From Geosiphon pyriformis uo1 (Eukaryota > Fungi > Glomeromycota): a DNA stretch of 64,000 nt. This document shows, in pieces, positions 42,962 through 55,367 of this stretch; position 1 is the stretch's first letter; each line of letters begins with the position of its first letter. The stretch lies in NCBI GenBank assembly GCA_016748015.1, contig JAAOMT010000523.1:124001-188000 (forward strand), given 5' to 3'. The position numbers and the translations under genes are program-made. A model generated the notes under the pieces. The model did not search any database and was not told the DNA's origin. It saw only the letters and a list, made by a program, of their open reading frames with translations.

Positions 42962-44926
42962 ATGGCCTTCAAGTTCAATTGGCCTTCCTTTAACAAGGAG
43001 TTCCTTGAACAAGCAAGACAACTTTTGAATACCGCTTTGAATAAAGGCAATAAGCCGGCAAACATTGTGGATCACATTGTCGTCAAGGAACTGAACATGG
43101 GCACACAGGTGAGCTCTGCCAACGCCGATTTACACGACGCAGGTATCACGCAAGATACACTTTTTCTGTTTTCTGGAAGATTCAAAGCATTTTCCAATAC
43201 AATTATTTTCATATCGTAAATCTCTGAATCTTTTTCTGAATGTGTTTACTATATAGGCACCAGATCTCGAAATTCTAGAGATTGGAGAATTGGCCCTTGA
43301 TAAGTTTCGAGGCATATTCAAACTGACTTATGTTGGTGACGCTTATTTAGTTTTACAAACAAAAGTGCAGGTAATATGGGTAGGAAGGTTATGAGATGAC
43401 ATAGAGATATCTTTTTGGAAAAATTAACCAATTTTTTTTTTAACCCATTCTAGGCAAACCCAATGAATAACAACAATTCTGATGCTAGCGCGTATACGCG
43501 TCGCGGAATCCTCGCAGCTGACCAACCGCTTATTGTCCCTATGCTGTTAAGATTAAGCAATTTAAAGTTGCGGGGCATTGTCGTGCTTGTGGTTAGCAAA
43601 CAAAAAGGAATCACTCTGGTTTTCAAGAATGATCCCCTGGAAAAAGTGGACGTAACTTCCACATTTGACGGTGTTTCTAGTGTACAAAGATTTCTTCAAA
43701 CAGAAATTGAGAAACGATTAAGGATAATGTTCCAAGAGGATTTACCTTCAATTGTGCATCAATTATCATTGCAAAAATTTTTGGGTGATGATAAAAAAAA
43801 TAAGCAAGATCTTTCTCACAAAGGAATTTCAGAACAAGGCCCTATGTTTGATCGTACTCCATTGCAAAATCTAGAAGAGCACGCGCCTTATGATACTATT
43901 TCGATGCCTGAACTTCGATACTCTTCTTTGGTAATACCAAATTCTGAGTCAACGTCTAACACTTCCCCAGAATCCTCTTTTTATGGTGATGATGCTTATG
44001 ATATTGATTCACTCGATGGGTTCTCTGCTTATTCAACATATTCTAATTTTGGAGATTTATTCGACAAAAATAAAGGAGGATTGAAAGTAATAGCAGAGCA
44101 ATTAAAGGAGGGACAAGTTTTGGAAGGAAATCAACCTCGTATTCTTCATCGTCAAGGAATTAAAAGTTCAGGAAAACTCCAGCGGAGGGGCTCATTGCCT
44201 ACTTGGTTACCATCAATTCATGATCAGCAACAACAAATACAGACACCTTTAAGGAGACATGTTTATATGGTACCGGATATGAAAAAGCAAAGCCCAACAT
44301 TATCGACTGGTAATTTTTATGAGAGTGGAATTTCATCGAGCATCACTTCGCCAGATCCTTTAGATAGTTTGACTATGAAAATGACCGCCGCTAATCTTCA
44401 ACGTCATAATCAATATCAATATAATGGGTCTGAAACATCCATCAATCAATCATATTCTTTGTCGCCATCCACTGAAGGACCGACAACACCACCACCATAT
44501 GACATATCACAAAAAGCAAAATTTAATTTTCCAAAGTTCTCTAATAATTATAATGGGGATTTTGACCGAAACAAGAGTAACAATGATTGTCTCTATCCTA
44601 CATGTCAAATTGAAGAGGAGTTATATAATCATTCATCAACTAACAATCATGATTTATATAAAGACCTTCACAGGCCAAAAGCCTATGTAATGCAACCTTC
44701 TGAAACATCGGTTGCTGCTCAACTTGCTTCCCTGATGAATTCTAACCATACAATTTCACCTTACACACGCACCTTACAACATCTCACCTTTCGATCATAT
44801 CCGCACCCAATTAACAAAAAACCTGGGAATAAACGAGCTAAATCTGGTGAGAAAGTGATGGTGAAACGAAATGTGTTAAAGCTCCCCGATTTAACAACAG
44901 ATTTTGAACATTGTGATAATTACTAA
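42962..44926 (+). CDS. MDM34: ERMES mitochondrial SMP-domain subunit Mdm34
   Basis: MAFKFNW...ALNKGNKP...[38 protein letters not shown]...[18 protein letters not shown]. Confidence 0.95.
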
Positions 44927-45237
44927 TATGTCCCAGAGTCCTAAATTAGTAAAATCAAGTATGGTAACCGCGAACTTAAATTAGCCCTGGTTTTAAAATT
45001 TATGAATACTTTAGTGAACCTTTAATTAGCTTTAACCCAGAAATTTAATTGTTATTTTTGAAGCAAACTCAGTAATCTGATTTCAGCAGATCTGATCCAT
45101 CCTTTTGAAATTAAAACATCTCACGAATTTTGGTTACACCGTAAATCAACGGATTGAAATTTAAATTTTATTAGGATCTAGATCTAAAAAATTCTGCTTC
45201 TCATTGGAAGCAAACAATTAGTCTTTGAGAATTCAAT

Positions 45238-47024
45238 ATGGAATCTTTGGATAATATCTCACAAACCCCTTTGTCAGAAAACCAAGAGAACCTTTTGAAG
45301 GCTCGTTCCCCTCCTGAGCTTGTCACTTCCACACCTTCTAAACGTTCTCGTGCTGGATTACCTTCCTTCAAGAGATTATGGACCCGAAAACTGTCGTCTT
45401 CTGTGAATTGCTTAGCGCTGGGAAATGTTATGACTGAAAAAAAATCCAACTTAAAAAAAGGCGCTCTTGACATCATAGTTGGCACTGATACTGGCCAATT
45501 ATTAAACATCAACGAAGACCAGGTAAGGATATTTCAATGAAAAACATGTTTGAATTAATTTATAAAACCACAAATCTCTTATAATCTATTTGTGGCTTGG
45601 TTTCAACCCATTTTAAATATTCTTACAGTAGAATTCCTATATTCAAATCCATAAAAACCAATAATCAGGAAGGATTCATCTTGGAAACCAAGGGTGGTCC
45701 TATACAATCTATGTTGATATATGATGTAACTGGTTTCGGCTGTCCAGATCTTATTGTTGGTGACTCTTATGGTGCTATCTCAATCTTTGAAAGAGAACAG
45801 TTAATAGGCAAGCGTAATATCAGTGCCTCCGTAAAACATATGGCAATATTTCATGATGCTGGTAATATTTTACACTATCCTTAACAGGACTGACTTTTTC
45901 AATTCTGATTTCCTATTAACAATTTTCAATCATCTTTTGGGAATAATCAATTTTTTTCTTAACAGTAAATGGTTTTGAGATTGTCGTAGGTGACTCAGCT
46001 GGAGTATTATCAGCATTTACTGCTTCTTATGATATTTGGAGATTAAAATTAACTGATGAAACCGATATTTTACCAAGAGAAATACGAGAGGGAATGGAAG
46101 AGGTAATCACTTTTTAATTTTCCAACTAGATTTTATGATTTTGATCTCACATTTTTTTGATTAATTATTCAGAATGTAGCTTTAGATCCTGCGATACGCT
46201 GTATACTCTGCGTTTCTTTACTAGATAGCCATCAAATTGAGACAAAATACTTACTTGCATGCGATCGTAGTCCCTTTGTTCATTTTCTTCAAGGAGGAAT
46301 TAGAAGGTTAAGTATTCCTGTACCCTGCGTTGTGAACGCTGTAAGTCCTCAATTTATCTATTAGGAACTTTTCTTTTTAATTTGGCTTGTTTTTGATTCA
46401 TTGGGAAAAATATTTTGATGCTACCCTATGAAGATGTGCTCAGGTTATTTTTCTAGGAAGGATAATTTTGACCCAGAAATCTTTGTTTCAAAAAATAATA
46501 CGTCAGCAGCAACACAAGTTGCATTGGGAGGGGATGACGGGCAAGTATATTTGCTTGAAGACTATACAGTTAGTAATTTCTTGTATGATAGAAAGGGTTT
46601 CAGTTCATTTCTCCAAGTTTCCATATATCTAAACATAAATTAATCTTTTTCAACAGATAGTAAATCTATTAAAAATGGATCAACCAATAACTAATCTCAA
46701 GTCCTTCCGACCACATGATTTGGATAGTACGGAGACTGATTTCTTGCTTTGCACTGGGTATTTCAATGAAATCAGAGTTTACAAGGATGCCGAGGTTTGA
46801 GCCCAAAATATTTTGACGTTTGATTTTCTTTTGATGTACACAAATTTCTTGCTAAACTATATTTGTCCCCAAAGTTAATATGCTCAATAATCACTGAAGA
46901 TTGGGTCTGTTGCATAATGGTTGGGGATGTTGATGGCGATGGCGAAGCTGAATTTGTTATTGGGATGATGAATCAAGTTGTGGAGGTATATGGGTGCGAT
47001 AGTTCCGATTATATGCTAGAATAA
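45238..47024 (+). CDS. FG-GAP/integrin-alpha-like beta-propeller protein (ITFG2/kaptin/BBS-like), multi-exon
   Basis: Repeats LALGNV..LDIIVGTDTG, YDVTGFGCPDLIVGDSYG, FEIVVGDSAG, VALGGDDG, VGDVDGDGEAEFVIG; no signal peptide or TM seen. Confidence 0.7.
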
Positions 47025-47160
47025 ATTTCATTATTCGAATTCGCTTAAAACAGCAATAATTATGGTGAATTAGACTAGTTAAATAAAAGTGGAGTTCTCA
47101 GATATAGAGTAAAAATAATTGCACCAATAATCTCATGAATCCTACAATTATGTAAATATG

Positions 47161-47529
47161 TTAACTCTCAATGATCCCCGTTTCCAAATACTTTTTCAAT
47201 GTTCCTTCTAGTGTCTCTTCTTTGATCCGATGTTGAAACAAGAATTGATGATTTAGGTGAAGTACAGGAATGTCAAACTTGTACTTTCTAAACCATTCTT
47301 GATTTTCAGGGGCGTATATATCTTTTTGTTCAAGATCAAATTTGATCTACGTGTATTATTGGGAATCTCAATGATTGAGAATTAAATATGGTAGATTGCT
47401 TCAGTTATTCACCTTTTTCCCAACACGTCCTATAGATTCCTTGGCTTCATCGCACAACGAACAATTTTTTGAGGTGAATAGAGTGAGAAGAATACGACGA
47501 CTTGTAGACGATGCGGATATTGCAGCCAT
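47161..47529 (-). CDS. Glutaredoxin-like protein (DUF836; YDR286C/C5orf63 family), 2 exons, absent from the ORF track
   Basis: Spliced LTLFTSKNCSLCDEAKE...K|IKFDLEQKDIYAPENQEWFRKYKFDIPVLHLN..FLFQHRI; CxxC motif. Confidence 0.88.
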
Positions 47530-48155
47530 ATTTTGACAGGATAATTTATCATAAATTTAGCTGCGTATTTGAATAAATTAATTCTCTCTAGACCTATTAA
47601 AGCAAAAAGTTCGAACTAAAATAGGCCTTTGGTATTTCTTTAACAAAATATCATTCTTTCATTAATACCTATATATACAATGTTTTTCGAGAATGAAAAT
47701 AATTGGCTTTTTTATTTTTAAAACAAAGTAAGCCTTAATTAAACTTTTATATTTTAATGGTCAAATTTTCTTGATACATATATTTATATATATATATATA
47801 AATATCTCATGATCAATTTCTTCCTTTGGAAAGATAGCTAACTTCCTTTCCGTAAGTCCTGAATATGGTGTCTGCTTTTTCATTTAATTGATAATTTGGA
47901 AGAAAATTACTTTTAATTTGTTTATCTCATTTTTAGCGCTTTCTCTTTATTATTTTCAACTTATTTTAAAATTGGATTTTCTGATATTAGAGTCTTTGAT
48001 TCTCTACATTTTATGTACAAACGCGATATTACTCAGTCTAGATCTATCAATTAATTTTTTCGGGCCCCAAAATGTCTTAACCCTTGATCGACACCACATT
48101 ATCTTCAAAAGGTCAATATCTTGCATCTTTACCTTTGAGTTATTAAAACCAAAAA

Positions 48156-49230
48156 ATGTCAAATTCCGATTCCGACGATGATTACATGTCTTCAAAATTC
48201 CTCTCCGAGACAACCTCGACTACTGAAGAAAAGGAAACATACTCTGAAAGGCGTCGTCAAAAGAAATTGTTAAATACTGGTTACCATAAACCTCGCCATG
48301 AACTAGAGAAAGAGCGCCGTGAAGAAGGCCTCAGTAAACCTATTGATCTTGAGGAAAACAATTCACCAGGTTTGAGACTTTTGAAAAAGATGGGTTATGA
48401 AAAAGGCATGGTTTTGGGAAAAAATTCTAGTGCTCTTGCGAGCACAGAACCATTAACAGTCGAACTTAAACAGGGTAATGTCTAGGTTATATCGCTTATT
48501 TATTTTTCAAGTTTTTGCCCTCTGATATTTAGCGTTTCAATAGATCGTCTTGGTCTGGGAATGTCAACTGAGGTTAAAAAACGCACAATGCAGCAATTGG
48601 CCGATACTACGAAACGTGTGAAACTTGAAGAAGACGCTTTTCGTAATCGTGTACGCGAAGATCGCCTGGCGAAGCGTATCGAAGGTCAATTTCATACTCT
48701 TCAAAAGATCTGCCAAACTTTAGATTCGAGAAAGGTATACGCTCTTAAATGTTAAATTTAAGGAATGTCATTTTTCTCATAGAAATTATTAATTCCAGGG
48801 AAAAGAGGTAACCCACCTCGAAATCTTGTTTCCTTAATCGGCAAGTAAGGATACTTTTGAATCGAATTCCATTTCTTCCTATAAAAAAAAAGGCGAGTAT
48901 ATTTTGGCCCGACCCAGAAATTAAAGAACAAGTTGAGAAGATTATCGAGATAGACAATTCAAGCGAAGAAAGTGAAGAAAAAATTGATGAAGATAAAGAG
49001 GAATTTGAGCAGCTTGAGGTAAAAATAATTTAGAGCATCTAGGAATTAATCTCAATCATTTACAATGAATTTGCTCCAAATTATCGTTGCAGGACATTGA
49101 AAAACGTGACCAAATCATTGCTTATCTTCGGCATCAGCATTATTATTGTTTTTGGTGTGGAAGCGAATATGCAAATTCTGAAGAGTTGGATCAAGAATGT
49201 CCCGGTACTACTGAGGAAGATCATGATTGA
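48156..49230 (+). CDS. G-patch domain protein with C-terminal DUF4187 (GPATCH11/YLR271W-like)
   Basis: DDDYMS N-terminus, PGLRLLKKMGYEKGMVLGK...DRLGLG, YLRHQHYYCFWCGSEY...CPGTTEEDHD*. Confidence 0.9.
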
Positions 49231-49499
49231 AGACGTTGGTCGCACCCAGGTAATATAAATTCATTATTTTTTTCCTTAAAGGTAAGTCTCTCTTTAGATT
49301 TTTTCATGCCATTGTTTGCTGCCATCGAAAAATATTTTTCTTGACTATTGTCCAGGACAATTATATAGCCCAAATTTTTCGTAACAGAAACCGAGATGCC
49401 TACTTGATAATCTATTAGCACCACAGAGTCGAACTATAAAAGTTTTAAAAGAATTGCGTGCTATTATAATTTAAGTCTAGAAAAGTTTAGCTTTATAAA

Positions 49500-50650
49500 A
49501 TGTTTTAAATATAAACTTAAAAGTTTTCTTTTATCGTTATTTAAAAAATTACATCATTTAATTAATAATTTTAGATTAATATCCAAATTATTATAAAATT
49601 TTCAAGCTTAATAAATTAATTAATTACAAGTTTGGTAACAATTTAAAAACTTTTAATTTCTCAAAAAAAAATTTATATAATCATTCTTTATAATTAATTT
49701 ATTCGTTTATTGTGTATGCACTGTTTTGTACAATTTTTTGTTCTAAGAATAAATTATATATTTATATATGGTTAAATTTAATTACTTTATCCAATATATA
49801 TGTATTTGGTTTGATTTTATCTTGTAAATTATAAATATTTTTTCAAATTTTATAACAAAGTATAAGTCAATTATTATCTATTTGTATACAGCATAAAATA
49901 TCATATTTTAAGTATAAATCATGCATTTTTTACATGTAACCAGTTATTAAAAATTATATTATAAATTACACTAAATTAAATATAAATTTTAAACAAAACT
50001 ATTTCAATTTTTTTTATAATTAAAAACTTATTTATCTAATTTTTTGTTTTTTTTGTTGTATTTTAGTATAGAATTTAAAATATTTTACAAACATAAAACA
50101 TTTTTTATATAAATTTAATTTATTTAAATAATTTTTAATTTTAATTTGTTATTTTTTATAGATATAATTAGAAATTATATTAGTTTTTTCCATAAAATTA
50201 ACTTAATAACTATAATTAAAACCAAAATTTGAATTTGAATATTTTTAAAAAAGTTTTTTTATTTTGTATTAAGTTTATTGTTAATTATTAATAATATAAT
50301 GTTAATAATATAGTATATTAATAATAACTTAAATATATAATAAAACTATATTTTTTAAAACCAAAAAAAGTAAGTTTATAAACAAAAACCAAATAACTAA
50401 ACTTTAAAATTTGTAATAATATTAATAATTAAAAGTTTTATATTTTTTAAAAATATCAATTTTGATAATAATTTTATTAAAAAATTTTAAATTATATAAT
50501 ATTATAATTATTATATTTTTAAAAATAATTAATAAACAAATCAAATTTTATTATAAATTATATAATTAAAAATGTTTAATTTAAATTTAATACTATTTTT
50601 TTTTATAAAATTAATTAATAAATAAAAATTAATTAAAATTTGATTTTTAT
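49500..50650 (-). mobile_element. Extremely AT-rich tract containing an eroded LINE 3' end
   Basis: AATCATGCATTTTTTACATGTAACCAG (about 49917-49943) matches the LINE 3' UTR AATCATGCATTTTTCACACGTAACCAA (about 2300-2326). Confidence 0.6.
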
Positions 50651-50769
50651 TACTATTTGTAAGAATAAAAAACTTCTTTTTCTCTTACTTCCAAAAAACC
50701 CCAAAAAGCATTTTTTCGAAAAAGAAGTTTTTTATTTTATTTTTTCTTACTGTCTCTTACAAACATTTT

Positions 50770-53700
50770 TTAATTAAATAATCTTTTTGTGGTAAATCTG
50801 GCTGCTGCTTCAGGTAGTACTATGTCTAAAAAAAAGGCACCCATAGGGGTTCTTTATGGTCCTGTCAAAAGTTCTTTTTCTCAAAAAAAAAGGGTTTCTG
50901 TTGGTAATATCAAACACTCTGGAGATAAAAAAGATATTTTTTTGGTTAAATCTGATCCTAGTTATGGTGTGTATTTGGATATGGACAGTGTATCTGATAA
51001 TAGTAGAGACAATAATATTTCTCTTTGTGCTGGCAATGGTTCTTTCTTTGGTTCAGCAATGAACACCCCTAAAGCTAAAAAAGCAACTTCCAATCTGGTT
51101 TGTGGCTCCTCTCTTGGCTCAATTGATTATAGAATGGATAAAAATGATGTGCCCCTCCCTTTCTCTCTTAAAATCTCTTTTGAAAAAAAATGGGTTAACC
51201 CAAAAATTGTCAAATCTCAAATTGAAGTTTCTGTTAGAAAGTCTTTTATTCTTGATATTAATCTTAGTACTGTTGAAGAGAAATCTGCAATGGCAAAGAC
51301 TCAATACATCAGAAAAATTTTTTCTTCAGTCAATGGTTTTGGGAGGACTACTACCCTCTCAAAATTTGAAGGAATTATCTGATCAATATTTACTTTAGAA
51401 AAAAACATGGAAATGGCCACATTATTGGCCAAAGAAAAAAGAATTGACGTAAACAGCGATTTTAAAAGACAAGGAATGAGATCAGATTAGGCTGTAGTAA
51501 TTAAAAAAATTCTCATGAACACACCTAAAAATATGATTATCACTGCAGTATCCGAATTTGGGGAAATTAAGTCGATCAAAATTCAACTGATTGGAATGTG
51601 GCAAAAAGCTGTGATGGAGTTTGCTGAATTAAGCTAAGCTGATTTGTTAGTCTCTAAGTGGTCATTTTTAATTGGTAAAGATTCTGTGTGTGTAGTCAAA
51701 GCAGTAGAAGATCATGAGACTTGGGCATCAAAAGATTGGTTCAGGGCACTTTTGTTTACTTTGCTGGTAGGAACAACAGCACATGATTTTAGGACTCTTC
51801 TGGAAAAGACTGGTGGGAAAACTTGCATCATAAACAGATCTTTGGAAACTGGTAATAGAATTCATTGTGTTGTAGTTGGTTTTGAATCTGACAATAATCT
51901 GAAATCTGCTTTTCACACAGAGCTGATTTTTGGTGAAGTTAAACTCTCTTGGGCAAGAATAGATCTGGTTTAGTGTGAAAAATGCAGGAAGTTTGATCAT
52001 TCTGCTCTGGAATGTAATGCATCTGTTGCATCCCTATTTGAGCCTTCAAGAACATTTAAAAAGATTGCATCTAATGGACATCATCTCCAGTTGGCAAAGT
52101 TGTATAAAAAAAAAGATGTTCCAATATCTTGCCTTACTGTCTTTGATGACAAATTTTGGGCCCAGGTGGTTTCACTTTCTGGTCTTTTTGATGGTTTTTG
52201 TTTCAGTTTTGGTTCCAGTTCTAGCCTCCCTCATTCTGGTGCTTCAGGTTCTAATATTGGCTCTTCTTTTGCTTTATATAACAACTCTTCATTGAATGCT
52301 CATCTGGCCACTTTGGAACACTCCTTGGAGCTCTTAATGGATTGGGTGTCTGGTATATTAAAAAAGTTGAGTGGCATGGAACTGGTACTAATGGCAACCC
52401 CTTCTAGTGTTCCTCCTTTAGCCACTTCTCCCTCTTTGGTGCCACATTTGGATGTGGATATGGCTGTAAATAATATGTCATTGGCTTCTGCTTTTCCTCT
52501 CTCAGCTGTTGATAATGTGGTTCTTGGTTCTAGCTCAAGTTTTTTCAAGGTTCTGACCTCCAAGGTGGGCAGATTGGAATCAAAAATGGTAGCTTTTGAG
52601 GTCTTAATTGGTTCAGTTTTAGAAAGGTTAGATTGTCTGTGTTCTGGTGCAGGTTCCTTAGCTCCTCTTCCATCTCAATAAGTAGTTTGATGTGGAAAGT
52701 GGCTACATATAATGTCAGAAACATGAACAATTCGGCCAAACAGGAAGATATTGTTCGATGACATAAAAATATGGACAATTTGGTTTTGATTTTCACAGAA
52801 ACAAAGTTAAAAAATAAGGCTTCTTGGCTACTCAATTTTCTCAGACTAATAAAATCAATTTCTTGATTGCGAGAGCTATAAATAAATCTTCTTTGGTCAT
52901 TCTTGGTGGTAATTTTAACAAAGATGGTTCTCATAAGTGTGTTAGTTTTAAAAAGTACCATGATTTGGGTTTGGTTAATTCTTTGGGTGGGAGCTCTTTT
53001 GCTAAGGTGCCAACTTGGAACAATTCTCGGGATGTTGCAAAGACAATTAATTATGTGTTTGTTTCTTCAAATCTGGTGAATGCAATTATACAGCACAATG
53101 TTTTCATTGTCAGTGAACATTTTGATATGGTATTACTCATAAAAAAAAAAGAAAACAAATATAAAAAATAGCAGACCAATAAGAGAATAGTAGTTAGCAC
53201 ATAAGCATATTGCTTAGCAATGTGGAGCAATATCAGAAAGCACGGCACATTGCTCAACAATATAGAGCAATGTTAAAAAATTAGGGCACATTGTTCAATA
53301 ATGTAAGCATTGCTCAAGAAATCATAGCACATTGCTTGGAAATATAAGCAATTTTGTAGAACACCAATTATGTATATATAGTGGTAATATTAGAAATAGA
53401 AAAAACAGAATTCTTTAGTTAGAAATCTTCTATCCACAAATATCAAATAAATAAATTATTCACCATCCAAATTTACTCTTTACTATCAACATGAAGTGTT
53501 GATAGTAATTGATACTTAACCACACTAGAACAATAGCTTTTGATCATGGCTATTGATGGATACTAACTTGCATATTGCCTTGACTTATTTTTTTATTTTT
53601 CTTTTATTTTCTTTTCTTGATTTTATTGTTGTATACTAACTGATTAAAGATTAAAGTGCTGAGTAATTGACATTATGGATAGTCTGGTAAAAGACCCAGA

Positions 53701-54482
53701 AATAAGGATAAAATTATATATATTAATGGATAGCTTACCAGAAAGGCACAAATGCCAGAATAAACCAGCCACCAAGTTGAAAACAGAAATTGGGAACACA
53801 ACTTACCAACCAACTACATTATCATGGAATCTCTGTCCATTATACAAAGAACTCAATTCTAAAACCTTCAGATACAACCAATGTACCAGTAATACCAGTA
53901 TTGTCAAGATATTGAGCACCAAGTTATAGATTTGTTATTTGATTTGAGACCCCAAATAATCATCTGTAACAACGGATCACAGAGCTGTTTCTGTGTCTTT
54001 GGGTTTGGGTGGCTTTTTAGATGTGAGATTAAACTCTCTTCACAAACAGGCGAATAAGAATCGATGGAAGTTCAATTTCAAGAATGCTAATGAGATTAAA
54101 TGGAATAATTTTAAAAGTTCTACGCTGGCTAATGCTACAATGTTCTTGGGTAAATTCACTGTGTTTATGAGATTTTTGGATTTGAATGTTATATGATATG
54201 TTGTGTGCAAAGTTATGACTCTTTCGGCTAACAAAATTTTCAAGAAAAAGTGGTTCAAAAAGTTTGATGAAGTTTTTATCAAAATTTCATAGATTGGAGC
54301 TTTTAGTTTCTAAGATTGTTAAGGCTTTATGTGGGGAAAATGCTGGAAACTTTGTTTATCTTATGAAATACTGGAGTTCTGTAGATGATGTCAAGTCTTC
54401 TGTTGTGCAAAATCTGGTGGATTCTGGTGCTGATTCTGATCATATTTGTTCTGCTCTTTTTGGTGCTAAAAAGTCTTATCGT
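50770..54482 (+). mobile_element. LINE 5' part: ORF1 (50789-52681, CCHC knuckle) and ORF2 APE endonuclease, interrupted by LTR insertions
   Basis: CEKCRKFDHSALEC knuckle near 51973; APE motifs VATYNVR, IFTETK, ILGGNFN, TINYVFVS, SEHFD|TDHRAV. Confidence 0.88.
53131..53971 (+). mobile_element. Solo LTR inside the LINE endonuclease, 4-bp TSD ATGG/ACGG
   Basis: TATTAC...TGTAACA; removal restores D-T-D-H-R-A-V; 3' half homologous to LTR 54483-55348. Confidence 0.88.
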
Positions 54483-55348
54483 TGTTACTTATAGAAATAT
54501 AGGAAATATAGTAGCATGATTATTAACCAATCAGAAGTAAACATAGTAAATGTGGAATTCCAGGATTCTTCTCAAGAATTGCAGGATTCCAGAAATTACA
54601 GGATTCTCACACAAGGAATTGCAGAATTCCAGAATTCTAGGATTCCTCTCAAAGAAATTGCAGGATTCTAGGAATTCCAGGATTCCTGTCATAAAGAATC
54701 AAGGAATTGAAGAATCTCAATTATGTATATATAGCAGTAGCATTAGAAGCTGAAAGAAGGAACCTCTCAGTTTAGATTTGATCTAAGCAATCTTTTAGTT
54801 TCAATCATCAAATAAATAATTATTTCATATCTCAATCCACTCTTTACTATCAACATGAAGTGTTGATAGTAATTAATACTTAACCATGCTAGAACAATAG
54901 CTCTTAATCACAGCTATTAACGGGATACTAACTTACCAAATTGTCTTGGCTTATTTTCATCTTTGTTATTTTCTTTATTTGATTTTTTTTTCTTTGATTT
55001 TGTTGTGTATACTAATTAATTAAGAATTAAAAGTGCTGAGTTATTGACATTATGGATAGTCTGATAAAAGACCCAGAAATAAGGGTAGATTTATATATAT
55101 TATCAGTTAACTTACCAGAAGGGCACGACTGCCAAAATAAATCTGGCCACCAAGCTGAGAAAGAAATTGGGAAACAACTGATAACAAATAACAAATCGCC
55201 ACACTATTGAATCTCTGTCTATTATACAAAAGACTTCATCAAAATCTTCAGATACAACACCTTCAGAATATCATTGACAGAAATAGCTTTTGAGCACCAA
55301 GTTATGGGTTTGCATTTAATTTAACACTAGAAATTGTCACCTGTAACA
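54483..55348 (+). repeat. 5' LTR (866 bp)
   Basis: TGTTAC...GTAACA inverted termini; TATA-like TATATATA near 54726; matches the copy starting at 63762. Confidence 0.95.
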
Positions 55349-55350
55349 TT

Positions 55351-55367
55351 TGGTGCTCTCTGTGAGG
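55351..55367 (+). promoter_or_regulatory. Primer-binding site, elongator tRNA-Met-like
   Basis: TGGTGCTCTCTGTGAGG two nt after the LTR end; complement CCTCACAGAGAGCACCA resembles eukaryotic elongator tRNA-Met 3' ends. Confidence 0.75.

Noticed and set aside
54554-54720. Regular GGAATTCC/GGATTCC repeats resembling a CRISPR-like array (also about 6885-7050 and 63830-64000)
   Set aside because: Short degenerate tandem units inside LTR U3; no unique spacers, no cas genes, eukaryotic context.
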